The translations under genes and the position numbers were made by a program. The notes beneath the pieces were generated by a model. That model ran no database searches and was not told the DNA's origin. It saw nothing but the letters and a program-made list of their open reading frames with translations. Below are positions 38,501 to 49,803 of a stretch of 64,000 nt of DNA, piece by piece (position 1 is the first letter of the stretch; each line of letters begins with the position of its first letter). The DNA is from Rebecca billardiae RCC1528 (lineage: Eukaryota; Protista; Haptophyta): contig OZ251245.1 of assembly GCA_965240325.2 (NCBI GenBank), forward strand, positions 1,178,001-1,242,000. The letters run 5' to 3'.

Positions 38501-39530
38501 GCGCGGAGGCGCGCGCGGCGGAGGCGCGCGCGGCGCACGCGGAGGAGGCGGCTGCCGCGGCCGAGGCGCGCGCCGCCGCGAGCGCGGGCGAGGCCGAGGC
38601 GGCCGCGCGCGCGGACGCGGCCGCGGCCGCCGAGCGCGCGGCCGCGGCCGAGGCGGCGGCGGACGCGGCGCGCGCCGACGCGGCCGCGGCCGAGGCGCGC
38701 GCGGCGGAGGCGGCGGAGGCGGCGGCGGAGGCGGCGGAGGCGACGGCGGCGCGGCTGGTGGCGGCGGAGGAGCGCGCGGCCGCCGCCGAGGCGAAGGCCG
38801 CCGCCGAGGCCGAGCGCGCGGCCGCGGCGGCCGCGGCCGCGGACGCCGCGGCCGCGGACGCGGCCGCCGCGCGCGACGCGGCGGCGGAGGGCGCGGCCGC
38901 GGCCGAGGCGGCGGCGGCGGCGCGGGTGGAGGCGGCGCAGCGCGCGGCGGACGCGGCGTCCGCGCGCGCAGACGAGGCCGACGCCGCGCTCGCCGCCGAG
39001 CGCGAGTCGAGCGCCGCGCGCGCCGCTGAGCTCGAAGGGGCGCTGGCAGCGGCCAGGGCGGCGCAGGCAGCGGCCAAGCGCGCGGCGGTGGACGCGGCGG
39101 AGGGCGCGGACGCCGCGCGCGCCGAGGCGAAGGCGCTGCGCGCGGCCGCGGCGGCGCCCGCCGCCGCGCCGCCGCCGCCGTCCGATGAGGTCGCCACCGC
39201 CTCCATCGCCGCGGCGGGCGCCGCGGCGAGCGCGGCGCGCGTCGAGGTGGAGAGTGCGCGCGCGGACGCGGCCGAGGCGGCGGAGCGCGCCGCGTCCGCC
39301 GAGATGGCGGCGCGCGAGGCGGCGGCGGAGGCGGCGCGTCTGCGCGCGCAGCTGGAGGGTGCGACGGCGGAGGCGGAGGCGGCGCGCGCGCAGCTCGCGC
39401 AGCTCGGGGCCGCCGACGCCGACGCGGGCGGCGGCGCGGCGGAGGAGGCGGCGGCGGCGACGCCGCGGCCGGGAGGCGGCGGCGGCGCGGTCCGGACGCC
39501 GCCCACGGCCGGGCCGGCGGCGGCCGCGCT

Positions 39531-39575
<45 letters not shown>

Positions 39576-40488
39576 GGCGGGCGCAGAGACGCTCAGCCTG
39601 GGGGCGCAGCTGCGCGTGGGGCGCACGCTGCAGCAGGCGGTCGGCGCCTCGCACCGCCTCCTCCTCGCCGCGCGCGAGCGCGAGCGGCGGCGGCTGCGCG
39701 GCGCAGCGCTCGGCTCGGCGCTCGCGAGCACGCTCGGCGGCGCGCGCGCCAAGGGCCGGCGCGCGGGCGGGGCGGCGCGCGTCGAGCGCGACTGGGAGGC
39801 GGACAGGCTGACCAAGGTGCGCGCCGCGCGTGCGCCGCGGCGTTGGGGCGCGCGCGTGCCGCCCGCCGCCGTGCGCGCCGCCGCCCTCACCGCGCCCTCC
39901 GCGCCGCCGCGCATGCTGCCGCCTGCTGCCGCCGCCGCCGTGCCGCAGTCCTCCGGTGCGGTCTCCGCCGAGCTGCTCGTGCTGTGCGCGGACAAGCTCG
40001 CGCAGCAGCTGGCGGCGCTCGAGGCGCACGCGAGCGCCGCGGGGCAGCAGCGCGGGAGGGCGGCGGCCGGCGAGGAGGAGGAGGAGGAGGCGGCGGCGGC
40101 GGCGGCGGGCGCGGGCACGGGTGCGGGCTGCGCCGACCTGCTGCCGCCCGCCGCGCGCCGGCTCGGCCACGCTCTTTGCTTTTACTGGGCGGCGGTCGCG
40201 TCGACGGGCGGCGAGCGCGCGCCGAGCGGCGGCGCAGGCGGCGGCGCGGCCGAGCACGACGACGGCGCTTCTGACGCCGGCGGCGGGCCGCTGAGCGCCG
40301 CGGGTGGTAGCGCTGGGATGGGTGGCGGCGCGGCGGACGACGGCGTAAGCGGCGGCGCGCCGAGCGGCGGCGCGGACAGTCCCGCCGGCCCGGCGTCGTC
40401 GAGCTTCTCGATCGCCGTGGGCGCGGGCGGCAGCGTCGCCTCGTCGAAGAAGCCGCTGCTGCGCAGGGACTCGTCGGACCCGGCGTGA
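35061..40488 (+). CDS. Very long Ala/Glu-rich coiled-coil protein (introns 35658-35913, 37792-38046, 39817-39948)
   Basis: About 1 kaa of heptad-like A/E/R sequence with coding-type codon usage; amphipathic N-terminal FGQFASGLGKLADKMAESV. Confidence 0.75.
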
Positions 40489-40808
40489 CCGCGTGCGGCC
40501 GGGGCGCTGTCCAGGGCGGGCTTACGTCCGCGGCGGACGGCTGCGGCTGCCCACGGCTCGATGGCTGCCGGTTCGGAGCACCGAGCCAGCAAAACGCGCA
40601 CGCAATGACTGGAATGGCGGGCTAATGCTCATCATTACCCCCATAGTGCAAGGAGGAGTTTTCACGGGCCACGCAGTGGCACTCGCGCTCCAAAATTGGT
40701 CGATCCGTAGTTCTTCCGCCGCGTGTGTGGCAGGAGTGCTCGCGCGCCCTCACATCGGCCGCCGATCTCGCGGTCCGCGTCCCGGCGGCGTCGCTCAACG
40801 GACGCGGC

Positions 40809-43800
40809 ATGACGAACGCGTCGGAGGAAGTCACGTCCGCGCGGCGCGACGCGATGTTCGCGGGCGCGGGCAAGAAGGCCGGCCTGCTCATCTGGCGCAT
40901 CGAGCAGTTCGACGCCAAGCCGCTTCCCAAGGATCAGTATGGCCGCTTCCACACCGGTGCGCGCGCGCGCGGCCGCGCCGCGCGGCGCGCGCGCGGTGGG
41001 GCGGGGCGGCGGAGCGCGGCATGGCGCGCGTCGGCGCGCGTCGGCGCGTCGGGGGCGAAGGGTGCATCGCCTCCGCCCGTAGCGCCCGTCGCATGCCTCT
41101 CGGGCCGACACGCCGCGCGCGCGCGCACGCGCTGCCTGCCACGCGTGCGGCGCACGCGCGCGCAGGCGACTGCTACCTCGTGCTGAGCTCGACGCCGAAG
41201 CACTCGGGCTCGTCGGGGCTGGACCACGCGCTCTTCTTCTGGCTGGGCAGCGAGGCCTCGCAGGACGAGCAGGGCGCCGCGGCGATGATGGCCGTCGAGA
41301 TGGACAACCGCGCGCTCGGCGGCGCGGCCGTGCAGTGCCGCGAGGCGCACCCGCACGAGTCGCCCGAGTTCAAGGGGCTGTTCCGCCGCGTGGAGTTCCT
41401 CAAGGGCGGCGTGGCGTCGGGCTTCACCCACGTCGACCCGAACGCGCCGCCGCCCACCCGCCTCTTCCACGTCAAGGGCGCGCGCCACCTCTCCGTGACC
41501 GAGGTGGCCGTGGGCGCAGCCTCGCTCAACTCGGGTGACGTGTTCGTGCTCTCGGCGGGCGAGCGCGTGTACCAGGTGCGCGCGCGCGAGGGCAGGCACG
41601 CAGGCAGGCGGGGCCGGGGGCGGGGCTGGGAGGCAGCCGGGCGGGCGCGCACGCGGGGCGGCATTGGGGCACGTCCCGCCGCGGATTCGACGCGCGCGCC
41701 GCGCGCCGCGGCCCGCGCGCGCGCGCTCTCACGGTGCGCGGGTGCGCCTACGCGCTGCACGGCGCCGCGCGCCGCCGCTGCGCACGCGCGCGCAGTGGAA
41801 CGGCGCGAAGAGCAACCTGAAGGAGCGCGCGCGCGCGCTGGACATCGCGGCGCAGCTGCGCGACTCGGAGCACGGCGGCAAGGCGACCATCGTGCCGATC
41901 GACGAGGGCGCGGAGGGGGGCGAGTTCTGGTCCGCCCTCGGCGGGAAGGGGAGCGTCGCGCCCGCGGTCGAGGACGACTCGGTGGCGGAGCGCTCGCGCG
42001 CGCCGCGGCTCTTCAAGTGCTCGGACTCGACGGGCGAGCTCAAGGTGCGAGCGGGGCGGGGCAGAGCAGGGCCGCGCTCAGAGCCGAGGCTCTGCCTGGC
42101 CGCCTCTGCGCGCGCGCGGCCGCGGCCTCGGCCGCGGCCTCGGCCGCAGCCCGTCCGGCCGAGCCGCTGACGCGCCTCACGCCCGCGCCCACCCGTGCGC
42201 CCGCTGCTCTCGACCGCGCGCAGACCTCCGCCGTGCCGACGAGCGGCCCGCTGCTCTCGACCGCGCTGCTCGACTCGTCCGACGTGTTCATTGTTGACTG
42301 CCGCGCCGAGCTGTTCGTGTGGGTGGGGCGCGAGACGTCGGCCGAGGAGAAGGCGGGCGGGCTCAAGACGGCGGAGGCGTTCCTCGCGCAGGGCGGCCGG
42401 CCGGCGTGGACGCGCGTGCGCCGCGTCGTCGAGGGCGCCGAGCCGCCGCTCTTCCGCGCCAAGTTTGCGGACGCGTACAACTTTGACTCGCGCGGCGCGG
42501 GCGGCGCGTCCGCGCGCGGCGGCGCCGACGGCGGCGCGGGCGGCGCGCAGCCCAAGCAGCCCGCGGCGTCGCCGCTCGACCTCGCCGCGTCGATGCTGAG
42601 CTCGGTCGGCGCGTCGCTCTCCTCGCCCTTCAAGGCCAAGCCCATCGACGACGGCTCCGGCGAGGCCACCGTGTACCGCATCAAGAACTTCGAGAAGACG
42701 GCGGTCCCGCCCGAGGAGGTGGGCGTGCTGTACGAGGGCGACAGTTACATCGTCCGTTACGTGTACAACGCCGGCGGGAAGGCGGGCGGCGAGCAGACGC
42801 TGATCTACTTCTGGCAGGGCGCGCAGTCGTCGCAGGACGAGCGCGGCGCCTCGGCCATCCTCGCGGCGGAGGAGGACGCCGCGCTCGGCGGCAAGGCCAC
42901 GCAGGTGCGGCTGGAGCAAGGCAAGGAGACCGAGCACTTTCTGCGAATCTTCCACCGCCGGCTGGTGGTCAGGAAGGGCGGGCACCGCTCGGGCTTCCGC
43001 TCGGCGGACGGCGAGGGCGGCGCCGAGTCGGCGGCAGAGCCCGCCGCGGCCGGCACCGAGCTCTTCCACGTCAAGGGCTTCTCCAAGGACTCGACTTACG
43101 CCGTGCAGGTCGCGCCGGTCGCGGCGTCGCTCAACTCGGGCGATTCGTTCGTGCTGTTGCGCGCCGACGCGGTGCTGGTGTGGCACGGCGCGGGCGCGTC
43201 CGCGGACGAGCGGGGCGTGGCGAAGGAGGTGGCGACGCACCTGGGCGCGGGGCGCGCGCCGTACATCGAGTGCACTGAGGGGCACGAGGCCGAGGGCTGG
43301 TGGGAGTTCCTGGGCGGCCAGGGCCCGTACGCCAAGCTCAAGGTGCCGATGGGTGCGTCCGCGCCGCCGCGCCTCTTCGAGGTGTCGAACCGCACGGGCA
43401 GCCTGCGCGCGGACGAGCTGTTCGGGTGGTCGCAGGCGGACCTGCTGTCGGACGAGACCTACTTGCTGGACACGCTGGGCGAGGTCTTCGTCTGGACGGG
43501 GCAGGGCGCGCGAGAGGCGGAGAGCAAGGGCGCGGCCGAGGTGGCGCAGGTGTGTGCGTGCGGCGGCGGCGGCTGTCGCGCCGCGGTTGTGCCGGCGGAC
43601 GCCGCGCGTGTGCGCGCGCGCGCGCCGCCGCCGCCCTCCCCCGCCTCGCCGCCACACACCACGCCCGCCACCACGCCCCGCCCCGCCTCCGCGCGCACCG
43701 CGCAGGCGTACCTGCACGCCGCGGGCCGCGCGGGCACGGCCATCATCACGGTGGGCGAGGGCCGGGAGCCCCCCATCTTCACCGCGCACTTCCGCGGCTG

Positions 43801-44305
43801 GGACGCGTCGAAGAAGCCCGCGTTCGAGGACCCGTACGCGGCCAAGCTCAAGGCGCTGCAGGAGGGCGGCGCGCGGCGCATGTCCGCCTCGCAGCCCGCG
43901 TGGGCGCAGAAGGCGGCGGAGAAGAGCGCGGCGGCGGCGGTACAACTGCAGGCGAGCGCGGGCGCGGAGAGCTCGCGCTCGGCGGCGGGCGGCAGCGGCG
44001 GCGGCGGCGGTCTGAGCAGCTGGCTCCCCAGCATGCGCTCGACCGGGCTCAAGCCCACCGCCGACGCGGGCGCGGAGCAGCCCGCCGCCGCCGCCGCGGG
44101 CGGGCCGTACACGCCGCACACCGAGCTCACGCTCCCGCTCGACGCGCTGAAGGGCACGCCCGACCCGCGCGTCGACCCGTCGTGCAAGGAGCTCTACCTC
44201 TCGGACGCAGACTTCAAGGCGCACCTGGGCTGCACCAAGGAGGAGTGGGCGAGCACAAAGCCGTGGAAGCAGCAGCAGAAGAAGAAGGCGCTCGGCATCT
44301 TCTGA
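40809..44305 (+). CDS. Villin (gelsolin repeats + headpiece); introns 40957-41165, 41576-41795, 42045-42223, 43550-43705
   Basis: GLLIWRIEQF, GRFHTGDCYLVL, FFWLGSEASQDEQG, SLNSGDVFVL, C-terminal KELYLSDADF..WKQQQKKKALGIF headpiece. Confidence 0.96.
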
Positions 44306-45076
44306 GAGGCGTCCGACACGTCCGGAGAGGGCCTCCGCGCCAGCCTCGCAGAGCGCGCGGGCGAGGGGCAGGGGCGGCGCCGCGCCGACCGCCCTCCGGT
44401 GTGGACGCGCGACGCTGCGCGCTCCGCCGCGCGCGCCGGCCGGAGCAGGCCGAGCAGGGCGGCGCACGCGCAGCGCCCGACACGGCCCGCGCGCCGCCGC
44501 ACGAGCTCAGATGGCTTGATCAGCATGACGACTGCTGCTGCGCAGCGGTCGTGTCTCGACACTCACGGCCAGCGCGCAACACCCGTCGGGCCTCTCCCGA
44601 GTGTCCGCCGGTCCGCCGGTCCGGGACCGCGGGCTGGCCGCGCGCCGCGCGGCGGCTCATCATCATCAGCGTGATGATGACACGCGCTGAACGTCAGCAA
44701 TAATAACGACGGCGGTCGTCGTAGTGTAGCAGACGACTACTATTATTCGACGACACTACTTATATATAGAGAGATGAGAGAGAGATCGAGAGAGAGAGAG
44801 AGTCTCATCAGAGAGCGCTGCATCGCCGCCGTCGAAGATGCCGGCTTGCCGCGCCGCATACGACGGCATAAGATTAAGAGTACTCGGGTCGTGCTGAAGT
44901 TGACGGCAGTCAGCAGCGAGGCAGTGTGCGCCTGAGCCTCTCTCGACCGGAAGATCACGACGAGGGCTCAGAGACGCCTCACGAGCCGCAGTAGTTGACA
45001 CTGGCTGCATGTGACTGCCAGTCGTCACTCGTGAGTCTCGTCCGCGCCCGCAACTCGCCGAGCCGCCCGCGAGCGC

Positions 45077-46405
45077 TCAGATGCGCTCGACGTCCGAGCA
45101 GAAGACGACGCTCTCGTCCGCGCTCTTCAGCCCGACCACGCCCGCCGAGTGCGCGCTGCTCCCGTTGTACGTGTTGCGCAGGTCCACCCAGCCCCAGCGC
45201 GCGCTCAGCGCGTTCTGCAGCCGCGCGCGAGAGCACACGCGCGCGGGCAGCCGCGCGCGCGGCACGACGAGCTCGTACTGCAGCGTGTGCGCCTGCGCCC
45301 AGGCGGGCTCGGCGGGGCGCGCCGGGTTGGGCGCGGGCACGAGCGCGCCCGTCGGCCGCAGCGCCAGCCCGCCCGCCCACGCGCCGCCGTCGAACGCGTG
45401 CTCGGACGCGCCCACGACCGGGTCGAGCGCGCCGCCGCCAGATGCAATCTCGACGGCTAGCGAGACGCTCAGCGCGCACGGCGCGTCGGCGGGCGAGCGC
45501 GGGCACGCGGCGGTGGCGGCGTAGCGCGAGATGTCGTGCCGGCTGCCCATCGGCGCGGGCGCGCGCGAGCCGCCGTCCGTCGTCAGCTCCACCGCCGCGC
45601 ACACCTCCTCGAGGGTCGAGACGCTTGCGCCCGCCACGGTCGCGAGCGCAACGGCGGAGCTGGTCGGGTGGTGCGGCTCCGGAGAGAGCGCGGCCCACGG
45701 GCGGACGCACGCGCGGCGGGGGAGCTGCCACGCGCCCGGCGCGTCGAGCACGGTCTGCAGCCGCCACTCGTACGCCGCCGCGGGCACCACGCCCCCCGCG
45801 CCCTCCGCGGAGCGCAGCGGCACGCGGCCGACGAACATGGCCGCCTCGCCCGCAGAGTAGGCGGCCACGTGCGCGGACGCGGCCGGCTCGGCGGAGGAGC
45901 CGCCGCCGCGGCCGTTGGCACGGCCGCGGCCGCGGCGGTGCGGGCGCGCGGGCTGCGAGCTCGCGAGCGCCGCCGCCGCCGCCGCCGCCGCCGCCGTCGC
46001 CGCCACCTCCGTGCCGGCGTACCCGACGCCGTTGTCTAGGAAGAACTCGGCGCCCGCGAGCGGGAGCGGCCGCGCCGCGTCCGTGCGCGTGACGGGCGGT
46101 CGGGCGAGCCAGCGCGCCTGGAGGAGGAGGGCGCACTCGTACGGGTGCGACGCGGTGCAGTGCACCTGCGCGCGCAGCGGCGCGACCGCGTCGTACTCGA
46201 GGACGAGTTCGGGGGAGCTCGAGTGGCGGTCGAGCGGCGTCGGCGGCGGCGCGGCGGCGGCCGCGCCGCGCCGCAGCGCCGACGGCGCGCCGGCACCGCC
46301 GCGCGCGTGCGCGTAGTACGCGGTGCCGAGCACAGCTGCCACGCCGAGCACGCACGCCACGGCACGCGCGCGCTGCGCGGACGGCCGGCGCGCGCCGAGC
46401 ATCAT
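45077..46405 (-). CDS. Signal-anchored protein of unknown family, paralog of 53994-55034
   Basis: N-terminal hydrophobic segment; LDPVVGASEHAFDGGAW and RLPARVCSRARL match the paralog. Confidence 0.75.
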   Translation of the reverse strand: MMLGARRPSAQRARAVACVLGVAAVLGTAYYAHARGGAGAPSALRRGAAAAAPPPTPLDRHSSSPELVLEYDAVAPLRAQVHCTASHPYECALLLQARWLARPPVTRTDAARPLPLAGAEFFLDNGVGYAGTEVAATAAAAAAAAALASSQPARPHRRGRGRANGRGGGSSAEPAASAHVAAYSAGEAAMFVGRVPLRSAEGAGGVVPAAAYEWRLQTVLDAPGAWQLPRRACVRPWAALSPEPHHPTSSAVALATVAGASVSTLEEVCAAVELTTDGGSRAPAPMGSRHDISRYAATAACPRSPADAPCALSVSLAVEIASGGGALDPVVGASEHAFDGGAWAGGLALRPTGALVPAPNPARPAEPAWAQAHTLQYELVVPRARLPARVCSRARLQNALSARWGWVDLRNTYNGSSAHSAGVVGLKSADESVVFCSDVERI

Positions 46406-46658
46406 CGTCGCCCCTCGTGGGTTTGGCCGGCGTGCTCTGGGCTCTGGCCGCCCTGGCCAGTTTTCGGCGGCAAGCGAGTTGAGAGTGCGCAGTACGATGG
46501 CGGCCGCGTCCGTCCGGATGCACAGTCCTCCTCCAGTCCGGGAGGCCTCCAGTCTCGTCATTTTCAGGGGAATGACCGAATGAGCCGCTCCCAACCTGCG
46601 CGGCCACGCTGACGGGCGTTGGGCGAAAGCCGCATCTTCCGACGCATCCGCGCGAAAC

Positions 46659-48194
46659 ATGGCGGCGCGCGCCCCGACGGCGGCCGAGCGCGCGGATCTC
46701 GAGAAGCGGCTGGAGGAGATCCTTGCCGACGGCACGAGCGTGACGCTCGCCACGCCCCAGGAGTACGGTCAGGCGGAGGAGGCGGAGGTGCGGCGCGCGC
46801 GGCGCGCGCTCGCGCCGCGGCGCAGAGCGCGGCCCGCGCACCCATCCGCCTTCGTGCACCCGCCCTCCCTCCGCGCTCGGCGCCCGCGCCCGCAGATCGC
46901 CGCGTTCCTCCGCGACGAGCCGATCTTCAAGGTGGCGGACTGCGGCGAGCGGCTGTGCCGGGCGTTTGGCCACGGCGCGCCCGACGAGGTGACGGCGATG
47001 GCGGTGCGCTCGATGCGCGCGCTGCGCGGCGACGTGCCAGCGTGCAAGCGGTACCTGCAGTACCTCGCGGCGAAGCGCGCGCTCAAGGGCTACGACCTGC
47101 TGATCACCTCGTTCGAGCGCGGCGCGTGCGCCTCGCTCTGGCTCAGCGCGGGCTTCCTCTTCCGCCCGCCGCTGCACCGGCACGTGACGGGCGGGAAGCG
47201 GCCGATGATCGTTTTTGCGCCGATCGAGCTCGAGCCCGCGCACGTGCTGCGCGTGCCCAAGCAGCAGCTGTACGCGTGCCTGCACTACCAGCTCGAGCGG
47301 TACCTCGCGGCCGAGCGCGAGGCGGGGCTCGCGGGCCACGTGCTCGTCTTCGACCTCGCCGAGTTTGGGTGGAAGCACCTGCACCGCCGCTTCCTCACGC
47401 AGGTCGTGAAGCTGATCGGCGTGCTGCTCAAGAACTACCCGGAGACCGTGCACAAGCTGTGCGTGGTGAACGCGCCGTCGCTCTTCTCCATCGCGTGGCA
47501 GGCGATCCTGCCGTGGGCGAACGAGCACGTGCAATCCAAGATTGCAATCTCGCGCGGCCCCAACGCGGACGTGCTGCGCGAGCTCGTGGGCGCGGACGTG
47601 CTGCCGGCCGACCTCGGCGGCGACGCGCCCGTGGACTCGGCGCTCGCGGCCGCGCACGAGGCCGCGGCGAAGGCGGCCGCGTCGGGGTGGACGGAGGTGA
47701 GCATCGCCGCCGGCTCCACCGCGCAGCACGTGCTCGAGGTCGGCGAGCCCGCGCCCGGCGGCGGCGCGGCCGAGGGCGGGCCTGACGGTGCGCAGTCCAT
47801 CGCCATCGAGTTCTCGATCGAATCTTCGGACGTCTCCTTCTTCGTCGTGCACGAGCCGCTGGGCGCGGCCGGGGGCAAGAAGGGCGCGGAGCAGTCGTAC
47901 GTGCTCGAGCCGCAGTCGTACCAGTCGAGCGGCGGCAGCGTGAGCCAGCTGCTCGAGGGCGCCAAGCCCGGCAAGTACACGTGCGTCTGGGACAACACGC
48001 AGGCGTGGCGCTACCCGCGCAAGGTCTCGTACCGCGTGTTCAGCGTGAAGGCGGGCGAGGGCGCGAGCGCGATGGCGAGCGGCGGCACGGAGTGGAGCGC
48101 GGAGGACGACTCGCCCTCCGGCCCGCTGCCCGAGTGGGAGGGGCTGGGCGACGCCGAGATGGACGCCATGGCCAAGCTGCTCGCGAGCAGCTGA
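46659..48194 (+). CDS. SEC14/CRAL-TRIO + GOLD domain lipid-binding protein (intron 46788-46895)
   Basis: VLVFDLAEFG, KNYPETVHKLCVVNAPSLFSIAWQAILPW, LPADLGG; GOLD motif PGKYTCVWDNT. Confidence 0.93.
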   Translation: MAARAPTAAERADLEKRLEEILADGTSVTLATPQEYGQAEEAEVRRARRALAPRRRARPAHPSAFVHPPSLRARRPRPQIAAFLRDEPIFKVADCGERLCRAFGHGAPDEVTAMAVRSMRALRGDVPACKRYLQYLAAKRALKGYDLLITSFERGACASLWLSAGFLFRPPLHRHVTGGKRPMIVFAPIELEPAHVLRVPKQQLYACLHYQLERYLAAEREAGLAGHVLVFDLAEFGWKHLHRRFLTQVVKLIGVLLKNYPETVHKLCVVNAPSLFSIAWQAILPWANEHVQSKIAISRGPNADVLRELVGADVLPADLGGDAPVDSALAAAHEAAAKAAASGWTEVSIAAGSTAQHVLEVGEPAPGGGAAEGGPDGAQSIAIEFSIESSDVSFFVVHEPLGAAGGKKGAEQSYVLEPQSYQSSGGSVSQLLEGAKPGKYTCVWDNTQAWRYPRKVSYRVFSVKAGEGASAMASGGTEWSAEDDSPSGPLPEWEGLGDAEMDAMAKLLASS

Positions 48195-49803
48195 GCGCGC
48201 GGCGCCCCGGTGCGCGCAGCCCGCGGAGCCGCGGCCGCTGGCGTGCACGGCGAGGGCCACTGGGCCAGGTGGCCAGGCACGGCGTGGCCGCGCCGAGCCA
48301 GTGTGCCCGCCGGGCCGCCGGTTTCGCCGGTCCGCGGCCGTCAGTCGGCCCGGACTCGCGCGCTCGACTGGCGCGTTACCGCATGCACACGGCACAGGCC
48401 GTCGGCGTCAGGCGGCTCGTCAGGCGGTCGTCGGGCGACGCCGTGACGCCCGTGGGGCCCCGTGGCCGTGGCCGTGGCCTTGCCCCGCGTGCGTACTGCT
48501 AGACCGTTAAGACCGTCGTAGTAGAGGCGGTAGAATCACCCCGTAGCGGGCCGTACCGGTAGGCTGGCATCGGATCCCGGATGACTGATGATTATTCACG
48601 GTCCTGATCGTATATCGGATGATGTGATGACGATGACGATGCAAAGTCGCTGCGAGGCGCCTCGGATATTGAGCCGCGCTGCGCTGAGCCTGATGAATAC
48701 AGGCTGGTCTCACCAAGAACTTCCCGAGCGCTGCCGACGACGTGTCCGCGCTCGCGGCGGGCGAGCACGGGGAATCGGCTGAGTACGATCGCTCGCATCG
48801 TGGGTCTAGTCCCCGACAAAATTGTCCGCGGAGCCGCGCGCGTCGCTCACCTCGTGCCCGGCGCTCCGCCGCGGAGGCGCCGTCACAGTGGTTTTCACAG
48901 TGGGCCGAGCAGTCTGAAGTGGCGCTGAACTGAGGTTTCGTCGGGGTTTCCGCAGTCCGGCGGGCTTCTGCCGCTTCGGACGCCCAGGCGGCATCCATCA
49001 CCACGAGGTCGGCCACGCGCGGACCTGGCCCGCGCGGAGGCGGAGCATGGCGCACTGCTTGATGACTGCGCCCGCGCGAGCCGTTCCATGATCGCTGTGG
49101 TTACAGCCAAAGCCCCTGCCTCTGTTGGTGGGACCTCGCCAGATGCACTTGTCACTTGCGCGCCGCTCGAACGGCTCCGAACGAACACGACGAGCACATT
49201 GCACTTCGTCGCAGTTGGCTCACTCGCAGCAGGTATTCGAATCTGTCGCAGTGGAAGCGGGGGGTGCGAGAGCCTACGTACGTCTGTCAAGGGCAGCCGC
49301 ACGCTTCAACATTGCGAAGGAGTTCCGCCCTGAACAGTGCGGCGGCAAGGCGGGTTGAGTGTGCTCCAAGCAACATCGTCAGGCACTGATACAGGTGGGG
49401 AGGCGCAGGAAGGACGTTGCAACGAGCGCGATGAGGCCCACATACCTCGACAGCATGGGAGAGACGCGCTGTGGGACATGAAGACACCTGTCACTCATGC
49501 CAGGTCCCACGTTGACCCGCAACGCTCGGCGGCTTCTGCGGGCGAGAACAACGACGCAATGTTTCAGTGCTACAGCGAGGGTGGGGATGAGGAGAGGGGC
49601 TTGGGGTACGGGCAACCGTGTGAACAACACCACTAGGGGTCGCACGGACCGAGATCGCGCGCCGTTCATTTTTTGCAGGGGGGTGGGGGTTTGAATCTCG
49701 ACAACGGCGAGGCGGACAGAGGCGTGCGACCCCTCGTCGGAGAGCTCTCGATGCGGCCGATTTAATGGCGCCATCGAGAATTTTCCGCAGACGCAGTGGG
49801 ACT

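Noticed and set aside
36571-40257. 1228-aa antisense ORF, and similar R/A/G/P-rich ORFs such as 44979-48395 and 41729-44467
   Set aside because: Shadow frames of real genes; stop codons are rare at this GC content.
25557-48194. Functional cluster of trafficking/cytoskeleton genes
   Set aside because: Such genes are common in eukaryotes and there is no evidence of co-regulation.
48730-49800. Transposase inside the TA-flanked TIR element
   Set aside because: Only short broken frames with no DDE/D motif recognisable.
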